A stretch of DNA of 64,000 nt from an uncultured cyanobacterium (GCA_963710605.1 CAVQBA010000007.1:288001-352000), one strand, 5' to 3'. Shown: positions 1 to 10,177, counted from the first letter of the stretch. The notes: generated from the sequence alone by a model not told the origin. Made by a program: numbers and translations.

Positions 1-483
1 ATGTTTAATGACCATATCCGATGTTGAAGTTAAATAACGGTTATTCATCGCAATTACAACATCTACTAGTCCGTCTCTTAGTACCTTAATTGCTCGATCG
101 CTACCTAAAGCCGTAACTCTTAATTGTACTTGAGGATGAATTTCGCAAAACTTTTGTAAAATAGGCGGTAAAAAAGAAGCACACACCGAATGTATCGCCG
201 CTACACAAAGCTCAGGTTGCTCTCCTTCTAATAAATCTGCTATTTTTTGCTCTATTTTTTCCCACTCCTGACAAATACGAATTGCATGAGGAAGTAGTTG
301 CTCTCCTGTAACCGTTAACTTAGCTTGAGCTTGACGATGAAATAAGCTCGTATTTAAGTGTGTTTCTAGGTTTTGTACTTGTCTGCTTACTGTTGACTGA
401 GTTACATCACATAGTTTAGCCGCTTGCCCAAAACTTCCTGTTTTACTAACCGCTACAAAAGCCTGTATTTGCTCAATCCTCAT
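1..483 (-). CDS. LysR-family transcriptional regulator (resembles the cyanobacterial PacR/all3953 group); 3' end runs off the window
   Basis: Not in ORF track. Manual translation from ATG at 483: MRIEQIQAFVAVSKTGSFGQAAKLCDVTQSTVSRQVQNLE...ELCVAAIHSVCASFLPPILQKF...LRVTALGSDRAIKVLRDGLVD, a classic LysR HTH followed by a substrate-binding domain. Confidence 0.92.
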   Translation of the reverse strand, partial: MRIEQIQAFVAVSKTGSFGQAAKLCDVTQSTVSRQVQNLETHLNTSLFHRQAQAKLTVTGEQLLPHAIRICQEWEKIEQKIADLLEGEQPELCVAAIHSVCASFLPPILQKFCEIHPQVQLRVTALGSDRAIKVLRDGLVDVVIAMNNRYLTSTSDMVIKH

Positions 484-608
484 AAACTGCTTCTTATTTG
501 TATTGGTTTAACTGTTAATTTCTGCTTAGCTTTTAATTGTGATGATTAAATGTCTATATGTTCTGTATTCTCTAGTACAAAAACCAGAAACAGTGAGTAA
601 ATAGATAA

Positions 609-640
609 AAGGATGAAGGATGAAGGATGAGGGATGAATG
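609..640. repeat. Short tandem heptamer repeat (GGATGAA)n
   Basis: aaggatgaaggatgaaggatgagggatgaatg. Confidence 0.8.
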
Positions 641-794
641 ATAAACGATAAACTAATCTGAATTCTCTTTGCTAAGATGTATAACAGTATATATAGTGGC
701 TAATTAATAATTAACTACAACACATCTGTAAAATTAATCTCAATTCTGTTTTGTTTATAAAAGTCATACTTGCATCTGTTTATTTTTCTTTATC

Positions 795-2477
795 ATGAGC
801 CGTCAAACTTTCATTTGGGGTATTCCTCGTTATCAAGTTAAATCAAAAGAACGTTGGTTAGAATTTTGTTATTTCGTTAATCTATTAATAGGTTCTCTAA
901 TACTCTACACGATTGATTTAGGTAAATTACCTTTAAGAGATTGGGATGAAGGCACTGTTGCACAAGTTGCTCAAGAAATTTATCAGGCTTCTTTTCAAGA
1001 TTGGATATGGCTATTTCCGACAATGTGGGGCGAGGCTTATTTAAACAAACCACCTTTAATTCATAGTCTTACTGCTTTAGCTTATACATTTTTAGGAGTT
1101 AACGAATTTTCTAGTCGTATAGTTGGTACTAGTCTAGCCGCTTTTTCTGTACCTTTACTATATTTAGTGGCTAAAGAATTATTTCTTCCTCGCTATTTTG
1201 CTATTTTTTCGGCTTTAATTTATCTAACCATGATACCTGTGGTTAGACACGCAAGACTCGCTATGCTTGATGGCGGTGTTTTATGTTTTTATATTTTGTT
1301 TTTACTTTGTACTCTAAAAACTCGTCGAGATTTACGTTGGAGTTTTCCTGCGGGAATAAGTTTAGCTTTAATTTGTCTTTGTAAAGGATGGATGGTAGCT
1401 TTATTATTAGGAACGATCGTCTTTTTATTTGTACTTTGGGATACACCTAGATTATTATCTTCAATTAAAGTATGGTGTGGTCTTATTTTGGGCATCACTC
1501 CTGCAATATCTTGGTATGTCGCTCAATATTTATATTACGGGCAAGAATTTGTTAATAGTAATATCAAACAACAATCTATCGCTAGAATATTTACTGCCGT
1601 AGAAGGTAATACTGGTCCTATTTGGTATTATGCTTTAGAATTACTCAAATATCCTTATCCTTGGATTTTCTTATCTATTTGGGGGCTAAAATATGCTTGG
1701 GATAATCGTAATTGGAGTTGGGCAAAACTTATCTTAATCACTAATATTAGTTACTTTGTCGCTGTTTCGCTTATGAGTACTAAATTACCTTGGTATATTC
1801 TGCCTATTTATCCTTCTTTATCTTTAGCAGGAGGAGTTGCTTTAGCTCAAATCAAATCGATTCGGGCCGTTGAATCTTATCCTCGTCTTTGGAAACAATT
1901 TTTTACTTTCTTAACGATCGTCATGGCAGGGGGTTTAATTTATTTTACCATTACAGACTCTTCTAATCAGAATTTACTAACTATTTTAGGATTATTACTA
2001 GTTACCTTTTTGACAGTTAGTTATTTATTACAAAGAAAAGATCAACAATTTATTTATATCCTTTTTTGGGGGATGTATGTATCTTTAATTGTCTTTTTGT
2101 CTTCTGATTATTGGTTATGGGAATTAAACGAGGCTTTTGCGGTCAAACCTGTTGCTCAAGTTGTTCAAGAAGTTGTACCGACTGAAGATAAAGTGTATCT
2201 TGATTTTGATTATCATCGCCCTTCTTTAGATTTTTATAGTGGTAAAAGAATCATACCTGTCGATCGAGCAAAACTTAAGGAGTTATTAGCTGATTCTGTC
2301 TATTTATTAATTAACCAACCGACTTTTTCTGAGTTAAATTTTGTTAAGGAAAATAGTCTTTATTGTTACCCTAATAATCCGACTCAAAACAAATCATCAA
2401 TTACAACTAATTGTTGGCAAAAAATAACGATCGATAACAGTACATTTTCTTTACTTAAACCAGAGAAAAAAAGCTAA
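795..2477 (+). CDS. ArnT/PMT_2-family (GT39-like) membrane glycosyltransferase
   Basis: 560 aa, multi-TM, with DWDEG, YLNKPPL and TKLPWYILPIYP motifs. Confidence 0.88.
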   Translation: MSRQTFIWGIPRYQVKSKERWLEFCYFVNLLIGSLILYTIDLGKLPLRDWDEGTVAQVAQEIYQASFQDWIWLFPTMWGEAYLNKPPLIHSLTALAYTFLGVNEFSSRIVGTSLAAFSVPLLYLVAKELFLPRYFAIFSALIYLTMIPVVRHARLAMLDGGVLCFYILFLLCTLKTRRDLRWSFPAGISLALICLCKGWMVALLLGTIVFLFVLWDTPRLLSSIKVWCGLILGITPAISWYVAQYLYYGQEFVNSNIKQQSIARIFTAVEGNTGPIWYYALELLKYPYPWIFLSIWGLKYAWDNRNWSWAKLILITNISYFVAVSLMSTKLPWYILPIYPSLSLAGGVALAQIKSIRAVESYPRLWKQFFTFLTIVMAGGLIYFTITDSSNQNLLTILGLLLVTFLTVSYLLQRKDQQFIYILFWGMYVSLIVFLSSDYWLWELNEAFAVKPVAQVVQEVVPTEDKVYLDFDYHRPSLDFYSGKRIIPVDRAKLKELLADSVYLLINQPTFSELNFVKENSLYCYPNNPTQNKSSITTNCWQKITIDNSTFSLLKPEKKS

Positions 2478-2623
2478 TAATTAATAATTGAAAGTAATAG
2501 TAATTTTGAGAATTATATATTTGTTGGTAGGAGTAATATTTTAAAAACTCTTGAAAATGATTTATCTATCAATCTTTAAATATACTGCATATTATTACTT
2601 TTAATAACTAAAAAATATCGGCT

Positions 2624-2773
2624 ATGAAAATAAAAAATAAATACGTAATTATAATCGCCAGTTTAATTTTAATAGCTAATATATCACCTAGTTTTTGGCA
2701 AGTAATCACCACAGGTGCGATCGGCTTTTTTCTTAGTTATTTAATTGTCAAAATACGTAAAGAAAAAAGTTAA
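2624..2773 (+). CDS. Putative 49-aa small membrane protein
   Basis: MKIKNKYVIIIASLILIANISPSFWQVITTGAIGFFLSYLIVKIRKEKS: two hydrophobic stretches with basic ends. Not in ORF track. Confidence 0.4.
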   Translation: MKIKNKYVIIIASLILIANISPSFWQVITTGAIGFFLSYLIVKIRKEKS

Positions 2774-3083
2774 AAGGGCACTCGTGCAAAGGGCAAAGGT
2801 AATTTAAAAAAATAGCTTGTCTTGTACTACTATCAAAAATAATTACGCCAATCAATGTAAGGGGGCAGATTCGGGGTTTTAAACCCGTGATTTTTCGATA
2901 AATTAGCTTTTAGGGGTGATAAATTAGGGATTAGGGAAAATAATGCAAATAGACGTTTTGTGTGTATAAACTATCAACCGTCAAACGTGAACTTTCTCTT
3001 GCTGGCTTCTACTACTTCTGTTGGCAATTAGCAAGAAGTTAATGCTTTTTTCTTCTTACTTTTTATTTATTATTAAATAAGTC

Positions 3084-3563
3084 TCAACACAGATACTTAG
3101 CGGCGGCATTAACTAACTCATCAGCGACTTTAATCGAATAAGGTTTAATTAACCACCAAACAAAAGGAGTTAACCACCCTCTGATAGTAATAGAATAAGC
3201 AATATAACTGCCACAAAGAGTAGATTCAATCTGATAAGTAATTCTTTGCTCGATACCCGGAATCGCTAACAAACGAATACTTAATAATTCTCTAGGGCGG
3301 ACATTTTCCACAAAAACTCGAATCGGAATCGGCATTAAGCGAGTAACAACTTTAAAAATCAAACCAGGTTTAGGTATCAAACCTTTAGGCAAATTGGTAG
3401 TCGAAAATAAAGGATGCCATGACACATCAGCTAAATTTGTTAATCTTTTCCACACTATATCTACTGGTACATTAGAAACGACTCGATAAGTTTTGTATAG
3501 TGAGTATTGACATAAAAGTCTGCCACCAGTTGCCAATAATTTAAAAAAGATGTTGAAAATCAT
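3084..3563 (-). CDS. SRPBCC/polyketide cyclase-family protein
   Basis: 159 aa; VPVDIVWKRLTNLADVSWHP is a typical SRPBCC N-terminus. Confidence 0.75.
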   Translation of the reverse strand: MIFNIFFKLLATGGRLLCQYSLYKTYRVVSNVPVDIVWKRLTNLADVSWHPLFSTTNLPKGLIPKPGLIFKVVTRLMPIPIRVFVENVRPRELLSIRLLAIPGIEQRITYQIESTLCGSYIAYSITIRGWLTPFVWWLIKPYSIKVADELVNAAAKYLC

Positions 3564-3767
3564 GGTATTTGCTCATTAATAAAAACACAATCAAAGCTCA
3601 AAAGTTTTCCTACTATCATATTGTAAGAGTTATTGTAAATGATTGTCTGTCTGTTGCATAATATTAAGATCTACACCTAATCATAGTCTAATCGTCGGGT
3701 AAAGGTTTAGATTGGTAAGTTGTAAGTTATTGTAATTAATTTTTAGTCAAATAATAATACCAAGAAT

Positions 3768-4796
3768 ATGACCACTACGCCAACTAACAAAAACAACACA
3801 TCTGTTAGCTTGCCCCCAGAAGACGCTAAGGCAAGAGTAAGCCAATTTATGCAAGGTGTCCAAGATGAAATTTGTGCAGGGTTAGAAAAACTAGACGGTA
3901 AAGGTAAATTTCAAGAAGAAAGTTGGCAAAGAGAAGAAGGTGGTGGTGGTCGATCGCGCGTGATGACGAATGGTGATATATTCGAGCAAGGTGGAGTTAA
4001 TTTCTCTGAAGTTTGGGGAGACAATCTACCTCCTAGTATTTTAAAACAACGCCCTGAAGCTCAAGGACATTCTTTTTACGCTACAGGGACATCGATGGTA
4101 TTACACCCAAAAAATCCTTATATTCCTACTGTACACCTCAATTATCGTTATTTTGAAGCAGGTCCGGTTTGGTGGTTTGGTGGTGGCATTGATTTGACTC
4201 CTTATTATCCTTTTGCTGAAGATGCCCGTCATTTTCATCAGACTTTAAAACAAGCTTGTGATAATCATCATCCAGAATATTATCCTGTCTTTAAACGTTG
4301 GTGTGATGAATATTTTTATTTAAAACATCGTGACGAAACTAGAGGAGTTGGTGGCATTTTCTTTGATTACCAAGATGGTACTGATCCACTATATCGGGGA
4401 CCTCATGCAGAAAAAGCGGCGGCTGAATATAGCAATAATTTACCACCTTTAGAAAACCGTAGTTGGGAAAATCTTTTTGCTTTTGTGAATGAATGTGGTA
4501 AGTCTTTTCTACCTGCTTATGTACCTATTGCTCAAAAACGTCGAAATACTGAATATGGAGATAAAGAACGTAATTTTCAGCTTTATCGTCGTGGGCGTTA
4601 TGTCGAGTTTAATTTGGTGTACGATCGAGGTACTATCTTTGGACTACAAACTAATGGACGTACTGAGTCAATTTTGATGTCTCTACCACCTTTAGTTCGC
4701 TGGGAATACAACTACAAACCTGAACCTAATACCCCTGAGGCTGAGCTTTACGATGTGTTCTTAAAACCACAAAATTGGGCAGAATATGGTGAGTAA
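3768..4796 (+). CDS. hemF: Oxygen-dependent coproporphyrinogen III oxidase
   Basis: [35 protein letters not shown] and [16 protein letters not shown] motifs. Confidence 0.97.
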   Translation: MTTTPTNKNNTSVSLPPEDAKARVSQFMQGVQDEICAGLEKLDGKGKFQEESWQREEGGGGRSRVMTNGDIFEQGGVNFSEVWGDNLPPSILKQRPEAQGHSFYATGTSMVLHPKNPYIPTVHLNYRYFEAGPVWWFGGGIDLTPYYPFAEDARHFHQTLKQACDNHHPEYYPVFKRWCDEYFYLKHRDETRGVGGIFFDYQDGTDPLYRGPHAEKAAAEYSNNLPPLENRSWENLFAFVNECGKSFLPAYVPIAQKRRNTEYGDKERNFQLYRRGRYVEFNLVYDRGTIFGLQTNGRTESILMSLPPLVRWEYNYKPEPNTPEAELYDVFLKPQNWAEYGE

Positions 4797-4912
4797 GGAG
4801 TAAGGAGTAAGGAGTAATGAGTAATAAGTAACAAGTAAATTATTTTTATTCCCTATTCCCTATTCCCTATTCCTTATTCCCTATTCCCTATTCCTTATTC
4901 CCTATTCCCTAT
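4790..4912. repeat. Bipartite STRR array: (GAGTAAG)n - spacer - (CCCTATT)n
   Basis: Heptamer array begins at the hemF stop codon; the two halves are roughly complementary with G-U pairs. Confidence 0.9.
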
Positions 4913-4955
4913 TTTTTCTTGCCTTTTAAGACAAGTATGGTCATAATATAATTAA

Positions 4956-5135
4956 GTTAACTACTACGTTGGTGACTGCCAATTAAGTTTTTTGATCTAT
5001 AAGCTTAATTTTTGGAAATTGATAGGTCTTCGTGGCAGTAAACCGAGCATGTACTCGGAAACAGAAACGAAAATCATTGATCTCCCCCTGGTCAAACCAG
5101 GTCATAAACTGAGGTAAAACGGCGTAGCGGTTGCT
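4956..5135 (+). ncRNA. ssrS: 6S RNA (SsrS/SsaA)
   Basis: Closing stem AACTACTACGTT / GGCGTAGCGGTT. Internal ACTGCC...GGCAGT, CCGAG...CTCGG and CCTGG...CCAGG hairpins. 3' AGGTAAAACGGCGTAGCGG is typical of cyanobacterial 6S RNA. About 180 nt, with a -10-like CATAAT at 4942-4947. Confidence 0.85.
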
Positions 5136-5250
5136 TATTTATTAATTGATTATGGCATCTTCTGTCAGTGCTAAACCCCGAATGATATAATTTAGACACT
5201 GTTAATTATATAATTACGTTAATCTTAGAAAATAAAAATAAAAAATAATT

Positions 5251-5340
5251 ATGGATATTCTGACTTTAGGTTGGGCTGGTGTACTTGCTTTATTTACATG
5301 GTCAATTGCAATGGTAGTTTGGGGGCGTAAAACTTTTTAA
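5251..5340 (+). CDS. petN: Cytochrome b6f subunit PetN
   Basis: [29 protein letters not shown] (29 aa). Not in ORF track. Confidence 0.95.
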   Translation: MDILTLGWAGVLALFTWSIAMVVWGRKTF

Positions 5341-5343
5341 ATC

Positions 5344-5481
5344 GTGGAATCATTTGGTGTTTTTAATGTCTTATTTTTAGTCGCTGTAGTTTTATTGGTT
5401 GCAGTTAGCGGTGGTATTCTCTATTTAACCACGATCGAATGGCGCGATCGTCGTCGTCAAGATCGTGATAAACGTTTATAA
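5344..5481 (+). CDS. Small single-TM protein directly downstream of petN
   Basis: GTG start 3 nt after the petN stop; MESFGVFNVLFLVAVVLLVAVSGGILYLTTIEWRDRRRQDRDKRL (45 aa), one TM helix plus a basic tail. Confidence 0.8.
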   Translation: MESFGVFNVLFLVAVVLLVAVSGGILYLTTIEWRDRRRQDRDKRL

Positions 5482-5502
5482 TTTTTAGCTGATATTTTTG
5501 AT

Positions 5503-5728
5503 AAGCAATAAAACCACAGCGGATAATTGATTGATGATTAATTATTTAACTCGAAGATTAATCAAATATGTTATCTTAGGATTGTACCGCAGGGAGTGCG
5601 GGAATTTACGCCTATAGAGATGAACGTAGTTTTTTGTAATTGAGACATATTCACTAAACTTGTTCAGATCAGATAAAAAAAATGTCTGAGCTTAGGAAAT
5701 GATTCGTCAGTGGTCGATCGTACTTCAC
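5503..5728 (+). mobile_element. Non-autonomous IS200/IS605 miniature retaining a tnpB 3' tail / omega-RNA-like scaffold
   Basis: GTACCGCAGGGAGTGCGGGAATTTACGCCTATAGAGATG reads VPQGVREFTPIEM, a TnpB C-terminal-tail pattern. CCTA...TAGGAA pairing, imperfect hairpin and end at TTCAC (5728); TTGAT at 5498-5502. Confidence 0.55.
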
Positions 5729-5755
5729 AAAAATCGAATAAACTTAAACCACTAG

Positions 5756-5790
5756 AGACAATGGGCTTTTTGCTCATTGTTTTTGTTTTA
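5756..5790 (+). terminator. Rho-independent terminator
   Basis: Stem AGACAATGGGC / GCTCATTGTTT followed by a T-rich tract. Confidence 0.7.
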
Positions 5791-5873
5791 TCCTCACGAA
5801 TTATGGCAAAATTTGTTAAGTTTGTAAAAATAGAGTATTAACTTTTGATTTGGGCACAATTTTAATTTGATTT

Positions 5874-7301
5874 ATGGCAGTCAGTGACTTGAAAAAAGAA
5901 AATAATCCTTTACCTTGGATTTTCGGGACGATGATAGGTGGTGTAATTCTCGTAGCTGGAATTACTTATGTAACCATGGGACGCTCGAATAACCCTGAGA
6001 GCGTAGCTGAATATACGGTTAATATTACTCGACAAAACGTTAATTTACAAATTCAAGCTAGTGGTACAGTAGAACCAATTCAAAGTGTTAATATCAGCCC
6101 CAAAAATCCCGGTATCCTTCAACGATTATTAGTTGATCAAGGTGTTATCTTGAAAAAAGGACAACTGTTAGCCGTAATGGAAAATGAAGAGTTATTTGCC
6201 GCAGGTGCGCAAGCTGAAGCTAGATTAAAAGAAGCACAAGCATCTTTACAAGAAACAGATATTAAAATACAAGGTGATATTCAAAAATTATCAGCTCAAC
6301 TGGTTCAAGCAAATGCTCGTTTAGAAGAAGCTAATCGTCGTATTCCTCAACAAATTGCTCAAGCCCGATCGCAATTAAAAGAAAAAAAATCCCGTTTAAT
6401 ACTGGCTGAAACACAATTCAGACGTAATGAGATGTTACTCAAAGAAGGAGCAATAAGTCAAGATCAATTAGATCAACTAGAAAATCAATATTTCGTTGCT
6501 CAAGCTGATATTCAAGAGACATTACAAAGATTAGAAGAGCTTAAAACTACTCAAAATCCTGAAATAGAAAGATTACAAGCCGCCGCAAGAGAAATACAAA
6601 TTGCGATCGAAGAAAGACGTTTAACTGGTAAATCAGAACTAGAACGGCTGAAAGCTAATGCTCAGGCGATTCAAGCGAACTTAGAAATAGCAAAAATACA
6701 ATATGAAGATACCTTTATCACCGCTCCTTTTGATGGAATTGTGACACAAAGATTCGCTACAGAAGGGGCATTTGTAACGCCGACGACTTCTGCTTCTAGT
6801 ACGGCATCGGCTACTTCTAGCTCGATTATTGCTTTAGCTAGGGGTTTGGAAATTATTGCTAAAGTACCTGAAATTGATTTAAGTCAAATTGCGATCGGGC
6901 AACCCGTAGAGATTGTGGCTGATGCTTATCCTGACCAAGTTTTTGAAGGAGTAGTTAAATCGATCGCCCCAGAAGCAATTGTAGAGCAGAATGTGACTTC
7001 TTTTGAGGTGAAGGTGGATATGATTACAGGGCAAGAACAATTATTATCGAAAATGAATGTCGAGATGAATTTCTTGGGTAAACAATTAGAAAATATTTTG
7101 GTAGTGCCAACAGTTGCTATTGTCACCGAAGAAGGTAAAACAGGGGTGATGATTCCTGATGAAAATAATGAGCCTGAATTTAAGCCAGTGACGATCGGTA
7201 TTTCGGTTGATAATCAAACCCAAATTCTTAGTGGTGTTTCTTCAGGTGAGGAAGTATTCATTGATTTACCACCAGAAAGAAAAGGGTTTTTAGGTAATTA
7301 A
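5874..7301 (+). CDS. Efflux RND/ABC transporter periplasmic adaptor (HlyD family)
   Basis: N-terminal TM, ASGTVEP and ITAPFDGIV lipoyl halves, long coiled coil. Confidence 0.92.
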   Translation: MAVSDLKKENNPLPWIFGTMIGGVILVAGITYVTMGRSNNPESVAEYTVNITRQNVNLQIQASGTVEPIQSVNISPKNPGILQRLLVDQGVILKKGQLLAVMENEELFAAGAQAEARLKEAQASLQETDIKIQGDIQKLSAQLVQANARLEEANRRIPQQIAQARSQLKEKKSRLILAETQFRRNEMLLKEGAISQDQLDQLENQYFVAQADIQETLQRLEELKTTQNPEIERLQAAAREIQIAIEERRLTGKSELERLKANAQAIQANLEIAKIQYEDTFITAPFDGIVTQRFATEGAFVTPTTSASSTASATSSSIIALARGLEIIAKVPEIDLSQIAIGQPVEIVADAYPDQVFEGVVKSIAPEAIVEQNVTSFEVKVDMITGQEQLLSKMNVEMNFLGKQLENILVVPTVAIVTEEGKTGVMIPDENNEPEFKPVTIGISVDNQTQILSGVSSGEEVFIDLPPERKGFLGN

Positions 7302-7347
7302 TGATTAAATTATTATATTTTAGATAAAAGACTATTATTTTTAACTT

Positions 7348-9078
7348 TTACTTAGCTTGAGGAAATTTTTTTCGCAGAAGACTTTCTATTTTTTTGCTAG
7401 AAGCAGGTTTACTAAATAGATACCCTTGTACATATTCACAACCATATTCACAGAGTGTATTATATTGAAATTCTGTTTCTACTCCCTCTGCTACTACTTC
7501 CATATCTAAAGCATGGGCAAGACTGATAATATTGGTTAGTATTTTTTCTTTTTTTTCGTTTTTACCAATCGCTCGGATGAAGCAACCGTCAATCTTTAAG
7601 ACATCGATGGGAAATTGATACAAACGACTCAAGGATGAGTAACCTGTGCCAAAATCATCCAGACATAATTTGATTCCTAAATTGGATAATTGATCAAGCA
7701 TTGTGTCAGCTTTGTCATCGGTTTCTAAAATGGCACTTTCAGTAATTTCTAATTTAATTAAACTACGATCGCACTTAGTTGATTTTAAAATTTGTTCGAC
7801 TTTTTCTACTAAATCAAATTGTTTAAATTGACGGGGAGAAATATTGACATTGATAAACCAATACTGACTAGCAAACGACTTTTGCCAAGCACAAGACTGT
7901 AAACAAGCTTTTTTGAGTACCCATTCTCCAATTTGGACAATCATACCTGTTTCTTCGGCTAAAGGAATAAATTGAGCAGGAGAAACAAAACCTTTCTCTG
8001 GATGATGCCAACGTATTAATGCTTCAAAACCAACTATTTCTTGACGAATAACATTAATAATCGGTTGATAGTAAACTTCAAATTCTTCTCTTTCTAAAGC
8101 ATTATGTAAATCACGCTCAAGATTTAATCTTTCGACGGCTACTTTACGCATAGTTTGGTTAAAAATAACCGCCCTAGATTTACCCAAGGTTTTAGCTCTA
8201 TACATAGCTAAATCTGTGTCTCTAAGCATTTCCTCCCCATGATCATAATTCATATTACTTAAGGTGATACCAGTACTTACAGAAGTAAATACTTCTTGAG
8301 AATCGATCATGAAAGGTTTTTGTAGATTTTGTTGAATTCGATCGCTAATTGAAGAAATAATAGCTAAATCTTTGACATTATCAATAATAATCGTAAATTC
8401 GTCGCCTCCTAAACGAGCCACAAAATCTTTAGAGCGAATACTTTGAGTGATTCTTGCCGCTACTTCTTGTAAAAAACGATCGCCTGCTGAATGACCTAAA
8501 CTATCATTAATCCATTTAAAACCATCTAAATCTAAAAATAATAAAGCAAATAAATAATCTTGATAATTTTGGTTTTTATCAAGGCAATGTTGTAATTTTT
8601 CTAAAAACCAAGATCGATTATATAGTTTAGTTAAAGAATCATGATTTGCATCATAAATCAATTGTTGTTGAGCTTTTTTCTCGTCAGTTACATCTCTTTG
8701 TACCGCTAAATAGTTAGTTATTTTACCTTCTTTATTAAGAATCGGCTCAATATGCCATTGATTATAAAATTCTGTACCATCTTTGCGATAATTAATAGCT
8801 TCACCAAAAAAAACTTCTCCTTTCTTTAATTTCTTTTTTAAATCTCGGAAAACTGTTTGCTGTGTATTTGGCCCTTGTAAAATACGGGGTGTTTTACCAA
8901 TAATTTCTTTTTCTTCATAACCCGTCATTTTAGTAAACGATTTATTAACAAAAACAATTTTAGGCCCTGGATAACTTAATTCTGTGTCAGTAATCACGAT
9001 CGAATCATGAGAGCTATGTACAGCCGCTACTAATAAGGCTATTTCTTCTTCTTGATTACTTTGTTTAATTTGATTCAC
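7348..9078 (-). CDS. PAS-GGDEF-EAL diguanylate cyclase/phosphodiesterase
   Basis: PAS/PAC domain, RLGGDEF, GFEALIRW, LDDFGTGYSSL, AEGVET. Confidence 0.95.
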   Translation of the reverse strand: MNQIKQSNQEEEIALLVAAVHSSHDSIVITDTELSYPGPKIVFVNKSFTKMTGYEEKEIIGKTPRILQGPNTQQTVFRDLKKKLKKGEVFFGEAINYRKDGTEFYNQWHIEPILNKEGKITNYLAVQRDVTDEKKAQQQLIYDANHDSLTKLYNRSWFLEKLQHCLDKNQNYQDYLFALLFLDLDGFKWINDSLGHSAGDRFLQEVAARITQSIRSKDFVARLGGDEFTIIIDNVKDLAIISSISDRIQQNLQKPFMIDSQEVFTSVSTGITLSNMNYDHGEEMLRDTDLAMYRAKTLGKSRAVIFNQTMRKVAVERLNLERDLHNALEREEFEVYYQPIINVIRQEIVGFEALIRWHHPEKGFVSPAQFIPLAEETGMIVQIGEWVLKKACLQSCAWQKSFASQYWFINVNISPRQFKQFDLVEKVEQILKSTKCDRSLIKLEITESAILETDDKADTMLDQLSNLGIKLCLDDFGTGYSSLSRLYQFPIDVLKIDGCFIRAIGKNEKKEKILTNIISLAHALDMEVVAEGVETEFQYNTLCEYGCEYVQGYLFSKPASSKKIESLLRKKFPQAK

Positions 9079-9471
9079 TTCGACAAATTGACTTATGGAT
9101 TGACTTATGGTAGGTAAATTACGGTAACCCGTATGAAAACTTATTTATTTAAATTATTCAATCTTAATTTTGTTAGTTAATTTAATTAACTTATACATCA
9201 AACTAATTACAGCTTGAACAATAGTTAAATTTTCCCACAATATACTTGCTATTAGATTATCTATTTTAATTATAAAATATATCTATACTTAATCTAAGCT
9301 ATTATTGATTAATAAGTTAAAAAATCTATCTTGATAGATAAACTAATCAAAAAAAATTACTCTTCAAGTTAAGTTTAAAATTAAACTCTTCCATTTGATA
9401 GAGGAAAAAGATTTAATAATCCTAGATAACAGACATAGAGGATTATTGTTTATTTATTTTTAATTCTAGAA

Positions 9472-10071
9472 TTGATTATGACGAAGTTAAGTTTGGGCAG
9501 TTGGTTATCATCGAGAAATAAATTGGTAGCGACGATCGTGTTATCAACATTATGCTTCAATCTACCGATTAGTCATGCAGGAGAAGTTTTAGATTTAAAT
9601 CAAAAAATTTGGCAAATAGAATCACCTCAAATACCTTCAATCGGAGATCAAAACGCTTATTTATATAGTCCACAAGAAATTTCTGTTTCTCGCTTAATTT
9701 TAAGTCTTAGCCGAAAAACAGTAGAAGTATATCGAGGAGAAGAGCTAGTTTCTAGTTTTCCCGTTGCTGTGGGTAAAGAAGGTTGGGAAACACCTCAAGG
9801 GCAATTTAATATCATTCAAATGATTAAAAATCCTGCATGGGAACATCCTTGGAATGGTACAATTTATCCCCCCGGTCCGGATAATCCTTTAGGGCAACGT
9901 TGGATCGGTTTTTGGACTGATGGTAATAACTATATTGGTTTTCATGGTACACCCGATGAGAGTTTGATCGGGCAAGCTGTTTCTCATGGTTGTGTCAGAA
10001 TGAAAGATCAAGATATCAAACAGCTATTTACATTAGTTTCGATGGGTACTAGTGTTACTGTAGTGAAATAA
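9472..10071 (+). CDS. L,D-transpeptidase (YkuD family)
   Basis: Signal peptide, GPDNPLGQRW, FHGT...SHGCVRM. Start may be the ATG at 9478. Confidence 0.93.
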   Translation: MIMTKLSLGSWLSSRNKLVATIVLSTLCFNLPISHAGEVLDLNQKIWQIESPQIPSIGDQNAYLYSPQEISVSRLILSLSRKTVEVYRGEELVSSFPVAVGKEGWETPQGQFNIIQMIKNPAWEHPWNGTIYPPGPDNPLGQRWIGFWTDGNNYIGFHGTPDESLIGQAVSHGCVRMKDQDIKQLFTLVSMGTSVTVVK

Positions 10072-10177
10072 TTGACTAAAACAATCTGATTGAGAATTAA
10101 ACATTGAGTCATCATTTTCCCAGTAAATTTGAGTATAATAATCTGTAACGAAATATGAATTTGTTGAGTAATTAATT

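Noticed and set aside
8680-9040. LOV photoreceptor domain in the PAS-GGDEF-EAL protein
   Set aside because: The motif is GKTPRILQG, which lacks the photoactive Cys of GxNCRFLQ; treated as a generic PAS domain.
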